A stretch of 64,000 bases of DNA from positions 124,001-188,000 of IMG/VR virus record IMGVR_UViG_3300030099_004448, one strand, 5' to 3'. Positions 1-8,328 of this stretch are shown here, one piece after another. Position 1 is the first letter of the stretch; every line of letters begins with the position of its first letter. The position numbers and the translations under genes are program-made. The notes below the pieces were generated by a model, which was given only the letters and a program-made list of their open reading frames with translations, searched no databases and had not been told where the DNA came from.

Positions 1-987
1 GATCAAGAAAGATCCAGAGTTATTATTGAAAAACCTTTTGGGACCGATTATAAATCTGCTGATAGTTTACAGTCTGTGGTGGGGAGATGTTTACGCGAGA
101 AACAAGTATATCGCATTGACCATTATCTTGGTAAAGATACTGTTAATAATATCCTTGCCACTAGGTTTAGCAATATACTTCTTGAACCACTTTGGAACAG
201 GAATTACGTAGAGGAAGTTCAAATCTATGCAACCGAAACTATTGGTTGTGAAGGTAGATCTCAATACTACGAAACTGCAGGTGCAGTCAGAGATATGTTA
301 CAGAACCATATGCTTCAGGTTCTTGCATTGATTGCAATGGAAGCGCCATGTAAAATGGACGCTAAAGAGATTCGTAGAGAGAAGACAAAGGTTCTTGCTG
401 CATCCAGATTGGGCACTAAACTAATCTGTGGTCAGTACAATGGATATAGAGATGAAGAGGGTGTAGATCCTGAATCAAGCACTCCAACCTTTGTTGCGGG
501 TGATATTTACATTGATAACTGGAGATGGGAGGGTGTTCCATTTCACTTCATGACTGGTAAGAAAATGCCTTATCAGTGTGTTGAAGTAGTTGTTAAACTC
601 AAGGCTCCACCACAACAATTATTTGAAGGTCATGAATACAATGACCGTATCGTAATGAGACTTCAACCACATCCACACTTCGATATCAGAATTGATATGA
701 AGGCGCCAGGATTTAAAAATGATGTAGAGACTGCAACTCTTACACATCGTTATCCTGATTGGTTGGGAGTTGACGGGTATGAAAAACTACTGTATGATGC
801 TATACAAGGAAACCAATCCAACTTCGTTCACTCCGAAGAAGTATTAGAATCCTGGAGAATCGTTGATGATCTTCTCTGCACTGGAGATAAGTGCCCTATC
901 ACGACTATTCCTTATTTGTATAATTATGGTTCTTGGGGCCCTCAACAAAAAACAGATTCAATTACTAATTGGGATTATCCCGCATGA
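1..987 (+). CDS. zwf: Glucose-6-phosphate 1-dehydrogenase, 5' truncated by the window edge
   Basis: Frame is open from base 1 (DQERSRVIIEKPFG...), upstream of the ORF-track start at 76. G6PD motifs RVIIEKPFG, YRIDHYLGK and RDMLQNH are present. Confidence 0.97.
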   Translation, partial: DQERSRVIIEKPFGTDYKSADSLQSVVGRCLREKQVYRIDHYLGKDTVNNILATRFSNILLEPLWNRNYVEEVQIYATETIGCEGRSQYYETAGAVRDMLQNHMLQVLALIAMEAPCKMDAKEIRREKTKVLAASRLGTKLICGQYNGYRDEEGVDPESSTPTFVAGDIYIDNWRWEGVPFHFMTGKKMPYQCVEVVVKLKAPPQQLFEGHEYNDRIVMRLQPHPHFDIRIDMKAPGFKNDVETATLTHRYPDWLGVDGYEKLLYDAIQGNQSNFVHSEEVLESWRIVDDLLCTGDKCPITTIPYLYNYGSWGPQQKTDSITNWDYPA

Positions 988-1223
988 CACCCACTATTGA
1001 CCCGACAGATCCAAGGTACTTTCTACAAACCTCGGATAAACCATACGATAGACACCAATACGTTCTATCGTACAATGGAGAAAAAGAATTACTATTTGAG
1101 GATTACGATCACTTGAGAGCTTACTGGTTTGAAACAGTTCGCAATTTCAGTGGGTGTACCGTACAAGTTTTAGATATCAAAAAGGACAAGAAAAAGTCGA
1201 AGTCGAAAGGAGGATTCAAATGA
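984..1223 (+). CDS. Small hypothetical protein between zwf and gnd
   Basis: ATG at 984 overlaps the zwf stop (ATGA); its own stop overlaps the gnd ATG. Confidence 0.7.
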   Translation: MTPTIDPTDPRYFLQTSDKPYDRHQYVLSYNGEKELLFEDYDHLRAYWFETVRNFSGCTVQVLDIKKDKKKSKSKGGFK

Positions 1224-2275
1224 AAGTTGGAATGATTGGACTAGGACGGATGGGTGAAGGCATGTCTCGCCGTCTTATTGCAGCAGGACACGAAGTACAT
1301 GGGTATCGTAACAATGTTAAAAAAGCTGAAGAACAATATGAGAAGGGTTATATCAGTGGATTTACCACTTCTCTGGAAAGCCTTGTTCAAGTAATAAAAA
1401 CAGGTGTTGGAACACTTACCCAGGAAGAATCAAAATCTCCTGGAGTCTATATGATGGTAGTACCAGCAGAGACCGTAGAGGATACACTTAATGAGCTATT
1501 ACAGTTTTGTAACGAGGGAGATATTATTATTGATCATGGCAATAGTAATTTTAAGGACAGTCGGAGACGGGCAGAACGTCTTGCAAAACTGGGCATCCAA
1601 TATCTTGACTGTGGTACTAGTGGTGGTGTGTATGGTCTGGAGCGTGGATTCTGTCTCATGGTTGGTGGCGGAAAGTCTGCAGTCGATGTCTGCCGTCCAC
1701 TCTTTGACGCACTCTCACCAGGCATCGGTGCCGCTCCTAGGACCAATGATTCAGACAACTTCACATGGTATCCTGAGGAGTATGGATGGATCTACGCTGG
1801 TCCAGCTGGTGCAGGTCATTTTGTAAAGATGGTTCACAATGGAATCGAATACGGAATCATGCAAGCCTACGCCGAAGGCTTTAATATCCTGCATGAGGCT
1901 AATGCTGGGTCAGTTTATGTTAAAGAGGGCGATGCTGAGGTTGCTCCGATGGAGAATCCGAAAGACTATTGCTACGACATTGACGTTGCTAAAGTGGCTG
2001 AGTGTTGGCGTCGTGGTAGTGTGGTTGGTTCTTGGTTACTTGACCTTACCGCTGATGTTCTTCGCAGCGATCGAGAGCTTAGCAAGTTCGATGGGGGAGT
2101 ATCAGATAGTGGTGAGGGTCGTTGGACTGTTCACGCTGCTGTGGATCTTGGTGTACCCTCTCCTGTCATCAGCAGTGCGTTGTGGGCACGCTTTGAGTCG
2201 CGCCGTCTGGGTGCTTTCACTGCCAAGGTTCTAAACGGTATGCGCGCCATGTTCGGTGGCCACGATGTAAGATGA
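1220..2275 (+). CDS. gnd: 6-phosphogluconate dehydrogenase (decarboxylating, short form)
   Basis: MKVGMIGLGRMG Rossmann motif, DHGNS, GAGHFVKMVHNGIEYG, DSGEGRW. GGAGG SD upstream of ATG 1220. Confidence 0.97.
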   Translation: MKVGMIGLGRMGEGMSRRLIAAGHEVHGYRNNVKKAEEQYEKGYISGFTTSLESLVQVIKTGVGTLTQEESKSPGVYMMVVPAETVEDTLNELLQFCNEGDIIIDHGNSNFKDSRRRAERLAKLGIQYLDCGTSGGVYGLERGFCLMVGGGKSAVDVCRPLFDALSPGIGAAPRTNDSDNFTWYPEEYGWIYAGPAGAGHFVKMVHNGIEYGIMQAYAEGFNILHEANAGSVYVKEGDAEVAPMENPKDYCYDIDVAKVAECWRRGSVVGSWLLDLTADVLRSDRELSKFDGGVSDSGEGRWTVHAAVDLGVPSPVISSALWARFESRRLGAFTAKVLNGMRAMFGGHDVR

Positions 2276-2308
2276 GTATTAAATAGGTATATAATTGTCA
2301 TACCTGCA

Positions 2309-2467
2309 ATGAATTTATTTCTACGTCCGTTGGAAGATCCAAACGGAGTCACCTGGTCAATCATCTGGTGTCTCGTTATTCTTCTATCGGGCGTTTCTTA
2401 TTACATATACACCATTATAAAAATGGCATATGCGGAACTTGAAGAGGACGAGAATGATCACGGCTGA
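2309..2467 (+). CDS. Small single-TM membrane protein (52 aa, below the ORF-track cutoff)
   Basis: Manual translation MNLFLRPLEDPNGVTWSIIWCLVILLSGVSYYIYTII...; one hydrophobic helix and an acidic tail. Confidence 0.6.
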   Translation: MNLFLRPLEDPNGVTWSIIWCLVILLSGVSYYIYTIIKMAYAELEEDENDHG

Positions 2468-3005
2468 AGATAATTTTTTTACTGAAGAAGAACGTAAGTT
2501 CGTCTTGGATTATTGTAAGAATGCCAGATTTCGTTATGGAGTTGCAGATTCAAGTCAGTTTCTTCCTACAGGAATGGTTGCGGACATCTATAAGAATGAA
2601 AAAATATATAAACTTTTTAGTGACACAACTAAACAATATGCACCAGGTAGAGAAATATACTGGATGCATGTAAATTTATTTGTTCCAAAAGAAGTTCCAT
2701 ACTTTCATGTAGATTCCGAAGAAGAAGGAGATCTTACATTTTTATATTATCCCAATAGTGATTGGCATTTCAATGATCTGGGATCTACAGAATTTTTTGT
2801 GAATGATCAAGTTATTGGTGTTCCTCCAATTCCAAATCGATTAATTTATTTTGATTCTCAGTTGAGACATAGAGCAACTACATTTAGATCTGATCATAGA
2901 TTTAATGTTATTATCAAATATAAATCAATAGAAAACTTGAAAAAATCATATGAAAGTGGTGCTTCTCCCCATGAATGGGATATTTCTCCTTACAATACTA
3001 TATAA
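2454..3005 (+). CDS. 2OG-Fe(II) oxygenase superfamily protein
   Basis: HxD (FHVD), LTFLYYPN, distal His-Arg (RHRAT...R) pattern typical of cyanophage 2OG oxygenases. Confidence 0.8.
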   Translation: MITAEDNFFTEEERKFVLDYCKNARFRYGVADSSQFLPTGMVADIYKNEKIYKLFSDTTKQYAPGREIYWMHVNLFVPKEVPYFHVDSEEEGDLTFLYYPNSDWHFNDLGSTEFFVNDQVIGVPPIPNRLIYFDSQLRHRATTFRSDHRFNVIIKYKSIENLKKSYESGASPHEWDISPYNTI

Positions 3006-3026
3006 CTGTAGATGCTATAAAAATCA

Positions 3027-3485
3027 ATGGGAGCGATGACACCCCCGAGTCGGAAGAGTTGCTACAACTTTCGAGTGATAGAGATCAACAGAGTAGTGGA
3101 CGGGGACACGATTGATGTCACAATTGATCTAGGTTTCGACCTTTATAAAAAAGAGAGAGTTAGAGTCGCTGGTGTAGACACACCAGAAAAACGCACAAGA
3201 GATCTAGAGGAGAAAGCCCTTGGAATCGACGCAACCAACTGGCTCAAAGAGAAACTGGAAGGCGCTCTGGCTGGTGACGATGATCTTGTTATCCGCACTG
3301 AACTTGTTGGCGGTGTCGGGAAGTATGGTCGTCTTCTGGGTTGGTTATACCTTGGGGACGCAGCACTGTCCCTTAACGAAGCAATGATTGACGAGGGATA
3401 CGCCTGGGCGTATGATGGTGGAACTAAGCAAAAGAACTTTGAAGAACTTCGTGAAATCCGCAGGGCGCATGGCACACTTGTTTAA
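3027..3485 (+). CDS. Thermonuclease (SNase-like) family nuclease
   Basis: RVVDGDTIDV, RVRVAGVDTPE and KYGRLLG motifs. Confidence 0.9.
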   Translation: MGAMTPPSRKSCYNFRVIEINRVVDGDTIDVTIDLGFDLYKKERVRVAGVDTPEKRTRDLEEKALGIDATNWLKEKLEGALAGDDDLVIRTELVGGVGKYGRLLGWLYLGDAALSLNEAMIDEGYAWAYDGGTKQKNFEELREIRRAHGTLV

Positions 3486-3759
3486 TTTCCTTCTTGCAGT
3501 TACACTATGGGTACAAGTCCCACAATGGAATGATGATTGGTCTCACTGTGCTGTTGATATTCCTGACAGCTCTTGCCATTGGTACATTGCGGATGCCGAT
3601 AATACTTTTGGTGAGGGTTTTGACTGGGAAACTGCCCCCTGGTATTCTGTAGAAGGTCTTCAAGATATTGCAGATCTTCATGATAAAACATTGCAAGATG
3701 GTGAGTTGTACACTATGGACGCTCTTCAAACGCTAAATAGGAGCGACTCGAATTCTTGA
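3469..3759 (+). CDS. Hypothetical protein
   Basis: In-frame ATG at 3469 (MAHLFNFLLAVTLW...) with a hydrophobic N-terminus. Confidence 0.6.
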   Translation: MAHLFNFLLAVTLWVQVPQWNDDWSHCAVDIPDSSCHWYIADADNTFGEGFDWETAPWYSVEGLQDIADLHDKTLQDGELYTMDALQTLNRSDSNS

Positions 3760-4013
3760 CGATGCAAAAACTTATTAACGTTATCGCACTCCTATCAGGA
3801 CTGACTTCATTGGCAGTCATCGGTGGGGGTGTTTATGTTGTCATGAACCAAGATGCGTGGAGAGAAGCAGCAAAAGAACGTCTAACAGAACTAGTTGCAG
3901 GAGCAATCACTGATGAATTGCCAGGTATGATGGACGGTTTGATGCCTTTAGAAACTGGTCCATCCGTACCTTTTGGTGAGGTAGGACCATCTTCGGGAGT
4001 AAGATTGCCATGA
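3756..4013 (+). CDS. Hypothetical membrane protein
   Basis: N-terminal TM helix; overlapping start/stop with both neighbours. Confidence 0.7.
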   Translation: MTMQKLINVIALLSGLTSLAVIGGGVYVVMNQDAWREAAKERLTELVAGAITDELPGMMDGLMPLETGPSVPFGEVGPSSGVRLP

Positions 4014-4657
4014 AATTATTCCAGAAAACCAAAGAGCAACCAGGCGACTATTATCCAGAACCCAAGAAAGAGGTAAGTACTATGAAACCGATGAAGTGGT
4101 TTGTTATTACTGTTGGTGGAGTTATTGGAGTTGCTCACATTGGTATTCTGGGACATTTACTAAAACCTCAACCAGAGGTTCAACAACCACCTGCATTCAA
4201 TATTCCTCATACTCCTTACTCATCTTATAGAATTAAGGCAGGTAAAGATGGATATACAATTGAATATCGTGCAAATGATCCTAAAGTTTTAGAATCATCT
4301 AAAACTCACGCCTCCGATAAAGCGAAGAAAGGACTTTTTGGTGGCAGTACAGAAGTTCGTCGCGAGACTCGTTACGATCAATATACTATGGAAGGAATCC
4401 GTAATATGGGTTCAGGAGGTGCCGTACTGGACGGTGAGGGAAAGTCTGCGAAAGACGTAGAGTGCATAGTGGCGGACGCTGGAGCACGGTCACAAGGTGC
4501 AATGGCAGGTAGTGCTATCGCTGCTGGTGTTGCAGTTCCTGCCGTAATCGGCATTCCATACATTGGATGGTTGGCTGCAGGATGGGCAACTTTATTGGGA
4601 ACCAACATTGGATCTGAGGTAGGATCACAAGTAGGTGATGTGTTTAATGATTGCTAA
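4010..4657 (+). CDS. Hypothetical membrane protein with a C-terminal Gly/Ala-rich (glycine-zipper-like) segment
   Basis: N-terminal TM; C-terminal AGSAIAAGVAVPAVIGIPYIGWLAAGW...GSEVGSQVG. Confidence 0.7.
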   Translation: MKLFQKTKEQPGDYYPEPKKEVSTMKPMKWFVITVGGVIGVAHIGILGHLLKPQPEVQQPPAFNIPHTPYSSYRIKAGKDGYTIEYRANDPKVLESSKTHASDKAKKGLFGGSTEVRRETRYDQYTMEGIRNMGSGGAVLDGEGKSAKDVECIVADAGARSQGAMAGSAIAAGVAVPAVIGIPYIGWLAAGWATLLGTNIGSEVGSQVGDVFNDC

Positions 4658-5436
4658 TGGAAATTCGTGATATTGCTATTGATGATGTGAATATACCTGA
4701 CATTCAGGTTTATCAACCACCTGGATGGACAACAAATCCTTCAGCAATATTCACTGCTCCGCCAGTAACGGTGGAGGTTGGTGTGCCTATTGTGAATATA
4801 CCTGGGTGTGTAGAAGCACATGAACAGAATACTACCAGAGAAAGGAGTGGTATTATTGGTGAAGATGATCCAAAGGGCGTAAAGACTTTTTGTGATGCAG
4901 GGGTGCCATCTTTTGGACCTATTGATTACAGTCCAGATGACTTGGAATATAACTATGAACCACCTGTTCCAAAAGTAGCGCCGACATCAAAACCAGAAGT
5001 ACCAGCACCAGTAACACAAACCGAAACACCTCCACCACCAAAATGTCCTACTAGAGAACAGGAGTTATTAAACCCTGTAGGAAAGATCCTAGAAGGTAAC
5101 AAAAAAATTACTGGTTATGAACAGGTCGGAAAACAGTGTTTGATGGTTACAGAGGACCTAAGTATTACTGATCAAATCGTACAAAATATTCCCAACCCTG
5201 GAGTAGTAACTGCTACTGCGAGTATTGCTGTTGTCGCTACAACATCAGCACTATTAGCAAAACCGTTAGCCGATCTACTATTGAAAGTAGTCAAACCAAC
5301 CGTTAAGAAAGTTATTAAAAAAATTGCTGCTATTAGAGGTAAAAAAGTTAAGGTCGAGTCTGTAAGGGACCGCCGAGATGAGCAGCGCCAGAGGAGTGCT
5401 GCAATTCGGGCATTACGGTTGATGAAGAAGAAGTAG
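4657..5436 (+). CDS. Hypothetical Pro-rich protein with a C-terminal hydrophobic segment and basic tail
   Basis: ATG overlaps the previous TAA; long ORF. Confidence 0.75.
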   Translation: MEIRDIAIDDVNIPDIQVYQPPGWTTNPSAIFTAPPVTVEVGVPIVNIPGCVEAHEQNTTRERSGIIGEDDPKGVKTFCDAGVPSFGPIDYSPDDLEYNYEPPVPKVAPTSKPEVPAPVTQTETPPPPKCPTREQELLNPVGKILEGNKKITGYEQVGKQCLMVTEDLSITDQIVQNIPNPGVVTATASIAVVATTSALLAKPLADLLLKVVKPTVKKVIKKIAAIRGKKVKVESVRDRRDEQRQRSAAIRALRLMKKK

Positions 5437-6265
5437 TGCGTCTAACTTTTGGGATACTGTGACGGTGCGGTGGAACAGTGTTTTTACCAACCACTAATAC
5501 ATCAGCACAAATCTTTGCCATCTCTGTACCTGGTCTAAACATAATTCCACGCTGCATTAATTCGCCACAATTCTTGAGTCTGGCGATCTCAAAATCAAGG
5601 CGCTTATTAGCAGTTAATTGTTGTTGTAATGCAATCTGAGTTGCTGCAGCTTCTTTACATTGATCCTGTAACTTTTTATCTGTCGGGGTACTCCAAGTCA
5701 TTGAAAAACCAACAGAGAGATTATAATTATCTTTCTGTCCTGTTCTCATTGGACGATAAAATTGTACAGAACCAGGATTATCTAAAATACCATCTCCAAT
5801 TGGATTCCCCTCATCATCGAAGGAGCCAGTATTATCACTCATATCATATACAGGATCGTCATAGTAACCTTCAAAAGGTTTTGCTGCCGATACGTTTCCT
5901 GTTACAAATGGGGTGAAATTGCGGGTAGGACCCTGACACTGGATTCCACCGCCGTACGTATTCGTAATATATGGGCCCTGCAACACCTGGACGGCTTGAT
6001 TTGTAACGCTGCCAGAACTATTAGCAATAGGAGAAGCAGTAGCGGAGACGCCACCAACAGTTTCTGCCAAGGATTGAGATGGGAATAATCCACTAAGAAT
6101 TATTGGGAGAAAATACTTGTAGTATCGGTTATACTTGTTACTTCCGTTTCTCTTTGAATAATTGTGTGGTTGCTCAGGCCGGGCCCTGAATAAGTTTCCG
6201 TGAACTGAAACGCTGCCCCTGGTGTCGTTTGTGTGAACGTTGGTTTGCTTGTTGCACCAGTCCAT
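5348..6265 (-). CDS. Hypothetical secreted protein; true start unresolved
   Basis: Long ORF with a signal-peptide-like YKYFLPIILSGLFPSQSLA-ETVGG segment near 6110. The only upstream ATG (6265) lies deep inside the preceding gene. Confidence 0.7.
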   Translation of the reverse strand: MDWCNKQTNVHTNDTRGSVSVHGNLFRARPEQPHNYSKRNGSNKYNRYYKYFLPIILSGLFPSQSLAETVGGVSATASPIANSSGSVTNQAVQVLQGPYITNTYGGGIQCQGPTRNFTPFVTGNVSAAKPFEGYYDDPVYDMSDNTGSFDDEGNPIGDGILDNPGSVQFYRPMRTGQKDNYNLSVGFSMTWSTPTDKKLQDQCKEAAATQIALQQQLTANKRLDFEIARLKNCGELMQRGIMFRPGTEMAKICADVLVVGKNTVPPHRHSIPKVRRTTSSSSTVMPELQHSSGAAHLGGPLQTRP

Positions 6266-6543
6266 GATGATGTCACTCCATTAATAGTTACATTAACTGA
6301 ACCTGTCCCTGGGGAAAGGTTTCCACTTGCGGTTACTCCAGATCCAGTTGCTGAATATTGGTAACCAGTGTTATAATCCATCGAATTGATGGTTTCTGTG
6401 ATTTTACTAGTCGTCTCCGTATGGCTGGTCATGGAGCCTTGTGTAAAATTCGGGACCACTGGAACCGAGTATGCGGGTTGAAGTAGTCCATGAATCACCC
6501 CAAGAACCAATCCGAGACCGATTGCTTCTTGTAATCTAGTCAT
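6100..6543 (-). CDS. Hypothetical secreted Thr/Ser-rich protein
   Basis: Signal-peptide-like N-terminus followed by VPVVPNFTQGSMTSHTET; beta-rich composition. Confidence 0.75.
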   Translation of the reverse strand: MTRLQEAIGLGLVLGVIHGLLQPAYSVPVVPNFTQGSMTSHTETTSKITETINSMDYNTGYQYSATGSGVTASGNLSPGTGSVNVTINGVTSSWTGATSKPTFTQTTPGAAFQFTETYSGPGLSNHTIIQRETEVTSITDTTSIFSQ

Positions 6544-7037
6544 CAGTCGATAACAGTAATTTCTGAAACGAACTGGCCAGTAGCAGAAGAACCTGCGCCG
6601 CCAGCGGTTACGGTAAGTGCTCCAGTAGTTAGAACAGTACCTGCAAGATCCCCAGCGGTTCCAGCAGTGTAAGAAGTGGTGCTAGAGAAATTAGGCACCG
6701 TACCTACAGTAGCTGCACTAGTTGGAACCGCATCGCCTTGAGTATAAGATTGACTAAAGGAGAATGCTGAACCAGCAGTATCTTGAGTAGCGGTAATCGT
6801 ACCAGGACTATAGATACCAGAAGTGATAGTACCAGCAGATACAGCACCTGCTGTGCTACCGTCTGTAGTATCAATATTTGAACCTGAGATGCTATAGGAA
6901 GAACCGATTCTTGTTGCAGTGGTTCTTGCTGCGTCAACAGTCAGTTGAACACTGGAAGCATGTTTCGTAACAAGTCCGCCGGCATTTGCTGCACTTGCGG
7001 TCATCAGTAGCATAATAAGAGGAATAAATTTCTTCAT
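6543..7037 (-). CDS. Hypothetical secreted Thr/Gly/Ala-rich protein
   Basis: Likely start MKKFIPLIMLLMTASAANA (signal peptide) at 7037; late-promoter-like CTAAATA just upstream. Confidence 0.8.
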   Translation of the reverse strand: MKKFIPLIMLLMTASAANAGGLVTKHASSVQLTVDAARTTATRIGSSYSISGSNIDTTDGSTAGAVSAGTITSGIYSPGTITATQDTAGSAFSFSQSYTQGDAVPTSAATVGTVPNFSSTTSYTAGTAGDLAGTVLTTGALTVTAGGAGSSATGQFVSEITVID

Positions 7038-7064
7038 GTGAAAGGATATTATGCACATATGCCC

Positions 7065-7071
7065 TATTTAG
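7065..7071 (-). promoter_or_regulatory. T4-type late promoter variant (CTAAATA)
   Basis: Reverse complement of TATTTAG, about 30 nt upstream of ATG 7037. Confidence 0.5.
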
Positions 7072-7100
7072 GGCACTTAATATTGTCATAACAATAACTA

Positions 7101-8303
7101 TTAACTTACAAAGTTAATTGTACCTAACATGCCGCCATGAATGGTGCATTGATATACAATTGAACTGGGTCCGTCAAATGGAACGGTTAATATTTGTGTA
7201 CCAGTTGTAGATCCAGTGAGAAAATTTCCTCCAGGAGAATAATTTGAACCACCACTGGTGACTCTTAAAGCAAATGGGTGACTACCTCCAGTGGAGTTCT
7301 CCAAGATATAAGTAAATCCTCTATGGAAGTAAAGAGTTGGGTTATTTGTACTGTTCAGAACACCTGGTCCAGCAAAACGATATGCAGAAGCACCACTTGA
7401 TGTAATGTAATACTTGGTAGTAAATCCTCTGTCACTACCATCACCAGTTGTGGTGTTACCTTGGAATGATGTTGCGGTTACAATTCCACTAAAGTTTTGG
7501 TTAACTGATGTTAGATATCCAGCAGATGCATGATTACCCCAACCATATGCAGTATCCCAATTAGAAACGTTAGTGTTAGCAGCAAAACCAGAAAGATCGG
7601 GTGGAGTATAAGAGAAAACTCCGTTTGAATTATTATATGAGAGTGCTGCTGTTCCAGCGGATGCAGTAGAAACAGAAAGATCTGTTAGTGCGATACCTCC
7701 ACCACCGCCACCACCAGAATAGTTAGTAATATTACTAGTGGAGATACCTGTAATGTTTGCACCATCACCAACAAATGATGTTGCAGTGCAAATACCAGTA
7801 ATGGAAACACCATCTCCAGTGGTTTCTAATTTCTTATTTCCATCATGGTAAAGATTTACACCACCATCATTAATAAAAGATGCAAGAGTTTCTCCACCAT
7901 TCTCATCAAAGAAGAAATAACTACCAGTGTTCTTAAACTTAATGTCACCATTTGAGTTCTCAAAACGACAATCATTGGGGTCATGAACAATTTTAAAATC
8001 ATCACCAGCACCAAATCTCAGTTCATCATCATCACCAAGATGAACATGACTTTGGAATGTAGAAACACCAGATACACTCAGTGTCGTTGCTGTTAGGTTT
8101 GCAGGAACACTAGCACTGATATTAGTTAGATTTGATCCATCACCAACAAATGCCGTTGCAGTTATAACGCCTGCGATACTAGTATTTGTTGTTATTGCAA
8201 CCTGTTGACCACCAATATTTAAGTCACCTGCACTTTCAATGGTCGGTGTCCCTGCAGCGCCAATTACATTTAATTGTTTTACACCAAAAGGTTTTTGCGT
8301 CAT
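7101..8303 (-). CDS. Virion structural / tail-fibre-like protein
   Basis: G/T/S-rich with ATSFVGDG and KKLETTG fibre motifs; shares modules with 10665..14549; late promoter upstream. Confidence 0.75.
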   Translation of the reverse strand: MTQKPFGVKQLNVIGAAGTPTIESAGDLNIGGQQVAITTNTSIAGVITATAFVGDGSNLTNISASVPANLTATTLSVSGVSTFQSHVHLGDDDELRFGAGDDFKIVHDPNDCRFENSNGDIKFKNTGSYFFFDENGGETLASFINDGGVNLYHDGNKKLETTGDGVSITGICTATSFVGDGANITGISTSNITNYSGGGGGGGIALTDLSVSTASAGTAALSYNNSNGVFSYTPPDLSGFAANTNVSNWDTAYGWGNHASAGYLTSVNQNFSGIVTATSFQGNTTTGDGSDRGFTTKYYITSSGASAYRFAGPGVLNSTNNPTLYFHRGFTYILENSTGGSHPFALRVTSGGSNYSPGGNFLTGSTTGTQILTVPFDGPSSIVYQCTIHGGMLGTINFVS

Positions 8304-8321
8304 GACACCTACTTTTTTAAC

Positions 8322-8328
8322 TATTTAT
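8322..8328 (-). promoter_or_regulatory. T4-type late promoter (ATAAATA)
   Basis: TATTTAT on the + strand, 19 nt upstream of ATG 8303. Confidence 0.6.

Noticed and set aside
26-211. 61-aa hydrophobic ORF at the window start, and the zwf start at 76
   Set aside because: It is an alternate frame inside zwf. The zwf frame is open from base 1 and includes the conserved RVIIEKPFG upstream of 76.
1491-2364. Alternate-frame and antisense ORFs within gnd, and similar shadows within GTs, glgP, psbD and fibre genes
   Set aside because: They are fully nested in well-supported genes, lack motifs and RBS, and are expected from codon bias.
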